64,000 bases of DNA from positions 3,015 through 67,014 of the forward strand of contig CAZWPQ010000003.1 of the NCBI GenBank assembly GCA_964636085.1, written 5' to 3'. The number at the start of each line of letters is the position of its first letter. Within the stretch, counting starts at the first letter, position 1. The translations under genes were made by a program, and so were the position numbers. Positions 56,714 through 64,000 of the stretch are shown here, in pieces. Origin of the DNA: an uncultured Nitrososphaerota archaeon (lineage in GTDB: Archaea; Asgardarchaeota; Njordarchaeia; Njordarchaeales; Panguiarchaeaceae). The notes below the pieces were generated by a model that saw only the letters and a list, made by a program, of their open reading frames with translations, did no database searches and was not told the DNA's origin.

Positions 56714-58921
56714 ATGCTGCGAATAATACCAAAGGACTCAAAAAATGTTGGCCGAGTACTCGTAGCTATTTTTGTATTGCTTAACTTGCTTGTTGTACTA
56801 ATTACTATACTCGACATACATACTCCAAGCGTTTTTACATCTGTTAAAAAGATAGTAGGTTTTGTGTTATTCTTTTGTTTTGTGATATTGACATATGCAT
56901 TTGCTATACAGTTGGCCATAGCATATCTTCCTGCAAGATTCAAACGGAGATTAGTGTTTCTTCGTGATGTAAGGCGAACGGAATGTAATGAAGAGATAAC
57001 AACTATTGGTCGTACTCATAGTAGTGGGAGGATATTCCCCCTAATGGTTATATCTCTAGCCACTACGTTGGTTCTTTTTGCCAAGAGATACGCGGTATTC
57101 TTTGGGATTCTAGGCTTTGATACGCCTTATTATGTATTCTTAGGCGAGCTGGTAGCATATAAGGGTATGTATGCTATAATAGGTAGGGACAAAATACCTA
57201 TAGCGATTATTTCGTATATGTTACTTAAAGGTTTTGGCGATGTAGAGATTGTAGGAGCACTAATACCTATAATTTTAGGAGTATTATACACGTTTTCTAA
57301 TGTCTATGTCGCATTTTCTGTTACTAAAAATCGTCGAGTGGTTTTCTTTGTTGCCTTGTTGGCGCCATTAAACTACCACTTTATAAGGCTAACTTATGAC
57401 CTATATGGGCAACTCTTGGCAAATTCGATAGTACTATTGCTTCTGGGCATTATATCAAGGATGTACACTGAGAGAGATCTTAGAAAATTAGTGAAAATGA
57501 TAATCACAACATTTGTTTTGATAGGAATTCTAGCAATCACACACTTCTGGATAACACTTTTGTTCATTATGTTTTATTCATTTGTGATTTTCATCTCGAT
57601 AATTAGGCTTCTGCGAATGAGAGAGGGAACTAGGGGGGTCCTGAGGCTATATATATCGAGTATCATTGCGCTATTGGTGTGTGTCGTAGCGATAGTTCTG
57701 TATAAAATCTCTGCGATTTATTGGTTCTTCGATGTGGTTACGAAGGAGCTACATATACTATCCCCCAACTTTGACTGGTTATGGTTTCCTCTGTCTGAGA
57801 ACCCCATAGTCTGGTTTTGCTCCATCCTCTGTATTTTTTGGTTAAAGGGGCGATATAGAGACTTTTATATTGTTCTCTGCATGTGGCTTGTATACATAAA
57901 TACCATCATCTTCGTTACAAATTACGCCCAGGCATATCGGCTATTACTATTATATCCACTACCTATCCTTGTTGGCTGTGGGATGTATGCTTTCTATGAT
58001 TTTTTAGACAAGTTCTTCAAGTATATCAATGTTAGAACTTGTTTTGTACCTCAATATAAAGAAGCAATAAGAATACTTTTCGTAGTCTTACTAGTAAATA
58101 TTCTCATCGTTTCTGCGTTATCAAGTGCATATATCCAAGCTTATAACTACAGGCCATCCGAGAAGAAAATAGAACAGATGTATAAGATAAGGAGTCTATA
58201 TGGTTTTGAGAATGATAGCATTTTGGTGGTTATAGATCCCCAAATAATTAAATGCTCATACTACTGGCCAGTAATGATTATTGGATCGGATAATATCTAC
58301 CTAGGAAGACTTGAAGAACTCGCCTCTGGAGCAGAGGACCATCGTGGTCGAACATTTCCTGACTGGAAAAATAGAACCATTATACTTGGGAGCGAGTTAT
58401 ACCAAATAACTCCATTTGAGCTGAGCATCTCGGAGCCCGTGGAGGAGGGCATCTACATGGTAAGGATCAAGGACACGAATTTATGGATGAACATAATTAA
58501 GAATTCCTCCGTGTGGATAGATGACAAATTTAACAATACCTTCTCAATTTTTGGGGGTCTCTCCGAGAATTGCTCAGTGATCCCTGCCGAGGGCAATTTA
58601 ACTATCATAATTGCTCCTAACAGTACTGGTAGCCTATCATTACTATATTATCTGTCCCAAGATAACACATCCAGAATCGAAGCCTGTAGGCTCGTGGTCG
58701 TAGCGAGATCGTCTGAATCTGCGGTCTCGTTAAGAATGACCATATATGGAGCTAATAAGAATTACACGACAACATTTAAGGCAATGGACAATCCACTAAG
58801 CCTATACGCCCTGTATATGTATAATAAGGAAAAAGTAAGAGCAATTGAGTTGACATTCAAAATAGATGTCAATTCCCATGAATATATAACTATTGAGATA
58901 ATGTTTGTTGCCCTTATCTGA
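56714..58921 (+). CDS. very large polytopic membrane protein with sequon-rich extracytoplasmic C-terminal domain
   Basis: 735 aa. The N-terminal roughly 470 aa are multi-TM. The C-terminal roughly 240 aa are soluble and carry nine N-x-S/T sequons (NDS, NRT, NSS, NNT, NCS, NLT, NST, NTS, NYT). No AglB WWDYG motif. Confidence 0.65.
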   Translation: MLRIIPKDSKNVGRVLVAIFVLLNLLVVLITILDIHTPSVFTSVKKIVGFVLFFCFVILTYAFAIQLAIAYLPARFKRRLVFLRDVRRTECNEEITTIGRTHSSGRIFPLMVISLATTLVLFAKRYAVFFGILGFDTPYYVFLGELVAYKGMYAIIGRDKIPIAIISYMLLKGFGDVEIVGALIPIILGVLYTFSNVYVAFSVTKNRRVVFFVALLAPLNYHFIRLTYDLYGQLLANSIVLLLLGIISRMYTERDLRKLVKMIITTFVLIGILAITHFWITLLFIMFYSFVIFISIIRLLRMREGTRGVLRLYISSIIALLVCVVAIVLYKISAIYWFFDVVTKELHILSPNFDWLWFPLSENPIVWFCSILCIFWLKGRYRDFYIVLCMWLVYINTIIFVTNYAQAYRLLLLYPLPILVGCGMYAFYDFLDKFFKYINVRTCFVPQYKEAIRILFVVLLVNILIVSALSSAYIQAYNYRPSEKKIEQMYKIRSLYGFENDSILVVIDPQIIKCSYYWPVMIIGSDNIYLGRLEELASGAEDHRGRTFPDWKNRTIILGSELYQITPFELSISEPVEEGIYMVRIKDTNLWMNIIKNSSVWIDDKFNNTFSIFGGLSENCSVIPAEGNLTIIIAPNSTGSLSLLYYLSQDNTSRIEACRLVVVARSSESAVSLRMTIYGANKNYTTTFKAMDNPLSLYALYMYNKEKVRAIELTFKIDVNSHEYITIEIMFVALI

Positions 58922-59008
58922 TGAAGGTTCAGACAATATATTGGATTATATTTATATGTCGTCTTCAGTTAATAAATATGAAGATCTGGATTATAGAGCG
59001 GCTGGAAA

Positions 59009-60241
59009 ATGAAGCGAATAAATGTTGGGTTCTTATTTCTACACCCTCTCTCAGAATCACTGGGATCCGTGGTAAGGGTACTAGGCATTGCGCGAAATCT
59101 GGTAAAAATAGACAACAGAATTCGTTGTTTCATATTCTCTCCATTTGAGAAATCGCTTAAAATTCAGAGAGATGTATACGTTGTGAATATCCCCTTCTTT
59201 TCCTCTGGCGACCTATTAGGAAAAAGAATATACAAGACGATGCGGGTAGGGTATTATAGTCGTATTGCGGGGGGTGCTCAGCTCAAGGGGATATTTAACA
59301 GCAATTTTATCACAAGAAGCATAGCCAAGGGCTTTGTAAAAAAGACAATGAAGAGGGGCATTAAAATTGATGTATTAGTAATTGTTCAAGATTTCGCTAT
59401 AATATCTGGGCTACTCATAGCGCGTATTCTGAATCTTCCCACAATACTTGATCTTCATAATTTATCTTTGGAGGAAATGGTGGCCTCAGGTACGGTATCA
59501 AAAAATACTCCTTTATACAGGCACATGGAGAAGAAATTTAGCATGTTGCTGAGGTTAATAGATCATATAGTGGTTGTTAGTAATTTTATGAGAGAATATC
59601 TAAATGAGAGGTTTGGAATTCCTAACGCAAAAATAACACTAGTGCCGCCAAGCGGTGAGGTTAGAATAAACAAGCTGCCCCCCAGACCGAGACCCTATAG
59701 GTTGGTCTATGCGGGAATGGTATCATATAGGGAGCATGTAGATCTATTCGTAAAAAGCCTGAAATTTGTCCAGAAAGAAATTACTGATTATACAGGCTAT
59801 ATCACGAGAAAAGGTGATATGCTAAGTGAAATATATCGGCTAATACGCATGGAAAAAGTCAATGCAAAATTTTTCTGGTTTGAAAGAATAGAGGATCTTA
59901 ATAGGTTTCTAAAATGTTGCCATGTTGGGGCTCTACCGTCCTCGGGCGATGTTGCAAGAAGATTAGGCCCCCCAGTAAAACTATTCACATACGCCTCGTT
60001 TGGGCTTCCAGTCGTTGCCAATTATGTCGGTGGTTGGAGCGATATTATTAAGAAAAGAGAAATAGGGATCCTGACAAAGGATGATCCTCAAGACTTTGCA
60101 GAGGGGATAGTTCAGTTATTATCTGACAAAGAACTTTATTTTTCCATGGCTAGAAATGCATTAGATTTGATCAAAAGCGAATATAACTGGTTTGTTTCAG
60201 CAAAGAAGTTCTATGATGTTATTCAAAATTTTATAAGCTAA
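59009..60241 (+). CDS. glycosyltransferase (GT-B, GT4-like, divergent)
   Basis: 410 aa. C-terminal region KLFTYASFGLPVVANYVGG and overall GT-B layout; less canonical than its neighbours. Confidence 0.7.
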   Translation: MKRINVGFLFLHPLSESLGSVVRVLGIARNLVKIDNRIRCFIFSPFEKSLKIQRDVYVVNIPFFSSGDLLGKRIYKTMRVGYYSRIAGGAQLKGIFNSNFITRSIAKGFVKKTMKRGIKIDVLVIVQDFAIISGLLIARILNLPTILDLHNLSLEEMVASGTVSKNTPLYRHMEKKFSMLLRLIDHIVVVSNFMREYLNERFGIPNAKITLVPPSGEVRINKLPPRPRPYRLVYAGMVSYREHVDLFVKSLKFVQKEITDYTGYITRKGDMLSEIYRLIRMEKVNAKFFWFERIEDLNRFLKCCHVGALPSSGDVARRLGPPVKLFTYASFGLPVVANYVGGWSDIIKKREIGILTKDDPQDFAEGIVQLLSDKELYFSMARNALDLIKSEYNWFVSAKKFYDVIQNFIS

Positions 60242-60278
60242 TTTTAGCCATCTTATTGCTATCAGAAGATGTGTTAAA

Positions 60279-61256
60279 ATGGCCAAAATAGGAATTGTGG
60301 GTGGTGCTGGATTCGTTGGTTCGCATATTGCGAATGCCTTAAGGGAATCTGGGTGTGAAGTAACGATATATGATATTGTTGATCCAAAGATAGAGGGGGT
60401 GAAGTTTGTTAAAAAAGACATAACCAAGGACCCGCTAGACGACCTAGGAGAAAATGATGTGATAATACACACGGCCATAATCCAGATACCAAAAATAAAT
60501 CAAGTACCAGACCTAGCCTATAGGGTAAACATAGTTGGTACTCAACGTGTGTGTGAAGAATGTATGAGATCCACAAAAACAGTGGGATTCATACTTGCTG
60601 GATCATGGCATGTGTATGGAGAGTTTATCGAGGGCATTATAACAGAGGATTATGGGTATAACCCCGAAAAAACCGATGAGCGAGCTCGTCTCTATGCATA
60701 TTCCAAAATGGGGCAGGAAGTAATAGTAAAGTTTTACGGTGCGATGACTAAGGACAAGAAGTCCTACATAATAATCAGAATGGGGACTGTCCTTGGAGAG
60801 GGCATGCCCGAGAAAACAGCGGCAAACATTTTTATTAATAATGCATTGAATGGAAAACCCATAACGCCCTACAAGCACTCTATGTACCGCCCCATGCTTT
60901 ATGTAGATATCCAGGATGTCTGTAACTTATATGTTAAGGCGGTAGAGAAAATACTTTCTAACGAACCATTAAAATATGACGTGTTTCATATATTCTACCC
61001 AGAGCCAACAACAATATTGGATCTCGCTGAGATCGTAAAGAAAAATGTTGAGGAGCTCACAGAAAATAAGATAAGGCCAACAATAGAAATAGTGGACAAA
61101 AATATACCAATATTATATCCGAGTGACATGGCATCAAAAATAAGAGGCGATATATCTCGCATAAGGGAAGTTTTCAAAATAGAAAAGCTCCGTCATCCAT
61201 CCGAGACAATTAGGAGACTAATAGAACAAAAGCTTTCTAAGATACATCAAGCATAA
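60279..61256 (+). CDS. NAD-dependent nucleotide-sugar epimerase/dehydratase (extended SDR)
   Basis: GGAGFVGSH Rossmann motif and catalytic YAYSK (YxxxK). Confidence 0.85.
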   Translation: MAKIGIVGGAGFVGSHIANALRESGCEVTIYDIVDPKIEGVKFVKKDITKDPLDDLGENDVIIHTAIIQIPKINQVPDLAYRVNIVGTQRVCEECMRSTKTVGFILAGSWHVYGEFIEGIITEDYGYNPEKTDERARLYAYSKMGQEVIVKFYGAMTKDKKSYIIIRMGTVLGEGMPEKTAANIFINNALNGKPITPYKHSMYRPMLYVDIQDVCNLYVKAVEKILSNEPLKYDVFHIFYPEPTTILDLAEIVKKNVEELTENKIRPTIEIVDKNIPILYPSDMASKIRGDISRIREVFKIEKLRHPSETIRRLIEQKLSKIHQA

Positions 61257-61304
61257 ACCATCACATAAGCAACGGGCACTAAAGGTACATGGAGGAAATA
61301 GATA

Positions 61305-62474
61305 TTGAAAAGGATAGACAAGACACTAATCATCGTAAGCCAAATGCGTATCAATGACCCATATAAAATAGCTGGTAAAGGTTTTTCAGAAGCATTTTTT
61401 TGGAGAAGATTCTTCAAGAAGGTAATATTTATAGGATTTACAGAAAAGGAAAAACATAGACTCTACAAGTTGGCAAAGAACTTTTATATGTATTTAATCC
61501 CCCTGAAAATGCTGGATGAATCTCCCAGATCCTATCTTAATATATTGAAGGCATACGTGAATCTAGTAGCACTTTTATTCGGCTTGAGCAAGAAGAATAA
61601 AGACATTCTTGTCAGGAGTGAGAACATAATCTTGTGCGGCTTCCCAACGTTTTTGGCCTCTAAAATCTCTAGGTTTTGCTACGGAATATGGCTAGGGGGT
61701 ATGGAGAGAAAAGCGTTAGAGCAGAAGTATAAATCCAACATTATTAGGAAAGCTGTCGCAATCTTAGAGTATATAGTTTTATCCAACGCTAAGTTTGTAT
61801 TTGTCGTGTCTAATGAACTCTATAACCTAGCCAAGGCTAGACATGCAAATATCATAATAAGAACACCAAACTATGTTGACCTTGAAAAATTTAGGGCATA
61901 TAGATTCCCTCCAGTCGCACCTCCTATAACAAGATTCCTGTATGCTGGAAGATTAGAGAAAGAAAAAGGTATAGATGTCCTAATGGAAGCAACAAAAATG
62001 TTGCATGAGAAAACAAGAGAGTTTGAATTATGGATAATAGGACGAGGAAGTATGAGATCATATGTTATACAATTCATAAGAAAACATGAACTTGAGCGAT
62101 ATGTAAAGATTATGGATCCGATACCTCATTGGAGAATGCCACATATGTATAATAATGTCGATATTGTGATAATACCATCATATACAGAGGGCGCGCCTGC
62201 AGTACTATTCGAGGCAATGGCGTGTGGGAGGCCTGTTATTGCTACATGTGTGGGTCAGATACCAGTGCTGATTAGGAACAACATTAATGGAATATTGTTC
62301 GATCCAGGAAATAGCAAACAATTAGCTGATGCTATGTATAGCGTCACTAAGAATGAGAACTTGTTGAAGGAGATGGCTAGGAATGCCGAAAAAATGGTTA
62401 GACACACAGCGTCAAAGTATGTTCCTCTGCACCTACTTGTATATGAAAAACTACTTAGGCTCTCCCCCCGGTGA
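61305..62474 (+). CDS. glycosyltransferase family 4
   Basis: PSYTEGAPAVLFEAMACGRPVIAT (Ex7E region). TTG start. Confidence 0.8.
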   Translation: MKRIDKTLIIVSQMRINDPYKIAGKGFSEAFFWRRFFKKVIFIGFTEKEKHRLYKLAKNFYMYLIPLKMLDESPRSYLNILKAYVNLVALLFGLSKKNKDILVRSENIILCGFPTFLASKISRFCYGIWLGGMERKALEQKYKSNIIRKAVAILEYIVLSNAKFVFVVSNELYNLAKARHANIIIRTPNYVDLEKFRAYRFPPVAPPITRFLYAGRLEKEKGIDVLMEATKMLHEKTREFELWIIGRGSMRSYVIQFIRKHELERYVKIMDPIPHWRMPHMYNNVDIVIIPSYTEGAPAVLFEAMACGRPVIATCVGQIPVLIRNNINGILFDPGNSKQLADAMYSVTKNENLLKEMARNAEKMVRHTASKYVPLHLLVYEKLLRLSPR

Positions 62475-62487
62475 TTGTTGAAAAAAT

Positions 62488-62660
62488 ATATACACCGAGG
62501 CTCATCGAGCCCACCAAGGACCAACCCAGCCCCCAGCAGGGTACTGGGCTACTCCCCAAGTATTCCATGCAAGTTTCTCAGGCACTCTCTCAAATGCCCT
62601 GGTTTAGCCCTCACCGGCGATGCCAGTTTCCAGAGCAGTACTTAGGTTCAAGCACCTTAT
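62488..62660. other. GC-rich non-coding island (candidate structured RNA or gene relic)
   Basis: Locally GC-rich stretch (CCGAGGCTCATCGAGCCCACCAAGGACCAACCCAGCCCCCAGCAGGGTACTGGGC...) in an AT-rich genome. Local hairpins include GGCTC-GAT-GAGCC and CCCAG-N7-CTGGG. On the minus strand it ends in TATATATTTTTT. No known RNA family recognised. Confidence 0.3.
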
Positions 62661-62956
62661 CTTTTCTATGTATTCTATGCATTCCCAGTCTTTTGGGATG
62701 AATAGTTTTGCCCTATCTGCTGGGCCTGTTGTTGGTTCTGTCATCTGTACTATCGATCTGCTCATGTATTACACCAATCACATGTGCTAATGTCGATTTA
62801 TAAGCCTATTTTGGTCATATATACACAAGCAACAATCATCGCCAGAAAAGGGACTACTTAAAATCCGACAAGACTAGGGTTAGTATAATAGAGACAAATT
62901 TTTTCAAGTTGTCTTTTTGATGTTTTAATGGAAAATCCATAAAATTTTGGTACTTA

Positions 62957-64000
62957 ATGAGAGTGATTACATTGATTAGGGACAAAATAACGCGTTTGTA
63001 CTTTAAACTACGGGGGGAAGATTTTATACCTCAATACAAAACTATAAAAAGCATTGTTGAGGAAGGCGACATTGATTCATTCGTAGAAAAAAGTTTGAGA
63101 GACTTGCTCATCCATGCATATAGGAACGTTCCGTACTATAAAAGAATATTTGACGATATAGGCCTTGTAAGTGGTAATCATGTGGACATAAGTAGGTTTA
63201 GTGAAGTCCCAATACTCACCAAAAACATTATAAGACAACACATCGATGAGCTGAAATCTATGGATTTCCAAAGAAGAAAATTCTACTATAATTCGTCTGG
63301 TGGATCTACCGGCGAGCCTGTAACCTTTATTCAGGATGCAGAATATAAAGCATGGGCTAGAGCGACTGTCCACTTTTACTACAAGGATGTGCTTGGTATA
63401 GACGACTTAAAGGCGCGTAAGGTTATTATTTGGGGGGCAGAAAGGGAATTTTGGGATAAGCTTCATAGACTGCGGGGGAGGATAGAGAATTGGTTCACAA
63501 GAACAAAACTCTTAAACGCATTCAGGATGACAAGGGAGGATATGTTGCGATTTGTAAAAATAATCAATAGATTTAGGCCCCATATAATAAGAGGATATGC
63601 CACATCACTCTATGACTTTGCGCGTTTCATTGACAATATGGGTATAGAAATACACTCAGCCAAGGTAGTAATATCAACAGCCGAAACGCTTTATGATTTT
63701 ATGAGGAAGAAGCTAGAGGAGGTATTTTGTGCAGATGTGAGGGATTTTTATGGGTCTAGAGAGAGCTCAGCTCTAGGTGGAGAATGCCATAGAAATATGA
63801 TCCATATGTTTGCGTTTAATAATTATGTTGAATTGTTGGATGTAGGTTGGAGCAAGAAAAATGTGCGGAGAATTATAGTAACTACGTTACACAATTATTC
63901 TATGCCATTGATAAGATACGATATAGGCGACCTAGCTGAGACTAATGGCTACAAATGTTCCTGCGATCTACTTCTTCCCGCAATTAAGAGGGTCTATGGA
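62957..64000 (+). CDS. phenylacetate-CoA ligase-like adenylate-forming enzyme (CapK / F390-synthetase family), 3'-truncated by window end
   Basis: Open frame from ATG 62957 to the window end (348 codons; not in the ORF track because no stop is seen). My translation: MRVITLIRDKITRLYF...YRNVPYYKRIFDDIGL...FYYNSSGGSTGEPVTFIQD...IIRGYATSLYDFARF..., with an AMP-binding SSG(G)STGEP motif. Confidence 0.75.
   Translation, partial: MRVITLIRDKITRLYFKLRGEDFIPQYKTIKSIVEEGDIDSFVEKSLRDLLIHAYRNVPYYKRIFDDIGLVSGNHVDISRFSEVPILTKNIIRQHIDELKSMDFQRRKFYYNSSGGSTGEPVTFIQDAEYKAWARATVHFYYKDVLGIDDLKARKVIIWGAEREFWDKLHRLRGRIENWFTRTKLLNAFRMTREDMLRFVKIINRFRPHIIRGYATSLYDFARFIDNMGIEIHSAKVVISTAETLYDFMRKKLEEVFCADVRDFYGSRESSALGGECHRNMIHMFAFNNYVELLDVGWSKKNVRRIIVTTLHNYSMPLIRYDIGDLAETNGYKCSCDLLLPAIKRVYG

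Noticed and set aside
56714-58921. Oligosaccharyltransferase AglB assignment for the 735-aa membrane protein
   Set aside because: The diagnostic WWDYG motif and the DK/MI motifs are absent. It is left as an uncharacterised GT-C-like protein.
58921-59148. 75-aa ORF between the 735-aa membrane protein gene and the GT4 gene
   Set aside because: It mostly overlaps the 5' part of the GT4 gene (59009..60241) in another frame and has no supporting motif.
62471-62701. 76-aa plus-strand ORF across the GC-rich island
   Set aside because: The sequence (…PSPQQGTGLLPKYSMQVSQALSQMPWFSPHRRCQ…) has no protein-like features or motif. It overlaps the stop of the upstream GT4 gene and is more likely a chance ORF in GC-rich non-coding DNA.
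1-64000. CRISPR arrays, rRNA and tRNA genes
   Set aside because: I found no regularly spaced direct repeats, no 16S/23S/5S-like conserved blocks and no cloverleaf with a GTTCRAATC T-loop in any intergenic region. The only T-loop-like string (GGTTCAAGC near 62644) has no complementary T-stem. This was done by eye; tRNAscan-SE or Infernal should confirm it.

Overview
AT-rich, tightly packed chromosomal segment that looks archaeal, probably from a thermophile. Support: archaeal-type myo-inositol-1-phosphate synthase, tungsten aldehyde:ferredoxin oxidoreductase, pyruvoyl arginine decarboxylase, GPN-loop GTPase, Clp1-type polynucleotide kinase, DUF354, AglH-like GT4, BRE/TATA-like boxes, ATGA/TTGA-coupled operons and GGTGA-type SD sites. 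All family calls come from motif recognition by eye; no database search or computation was run. I support about 65 protein-coding genes, including two edge-truncated ORFs missing from the ORF track (1..795 minus, 62957..64000 plus). I recognised no rRNA, tRNA or CRISPR array. Layout: 0.9-7.7 kb lipid/sugar modification genes; 11-22 kb housekeeping enzymes mixed with GTPase-switch components (Ras/Rab-like GTPase, V4R, two Roadblock/longin-like proteins with HTH modules, GPN-loop GTPase); 22-33 kb peptidases, inositol genes and a large helical protein; 34-39 kb poorly characterised genes (C2H2-like protein, HNH-like protein, PPC/DUF296, PD-(D/E)xK-like); 39-48 kb AOR, a QueT-type ECF transporter, a long coiled-coil protein and AsnRS; 49-64 kb surface-glycan island (four GT4, flippase, oxidoreductase, epimerase, two large GT-C-like membrane proteins, CapK-like ligase). 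Best candidates for something undescribed: (1) the Roadblock/longin + V4R + wHTH + GTPase gene set at 16.5-22.4 kb, with the Rab-like GTPase at 11.4 kb; (2) a 745-bp non-coding element at 50750..51494 with 57/59-bp near-perfect terminal inverted repeats and at least eight TGTCCC copies, one in a 16-bp perfect palindrome; (3) a GC-rich non-coding island at about 62.49-62.66 kb; (4) an alpha3-less histone-fold-like mini-protein behind a 650-bp non-coding AT-rich tract.
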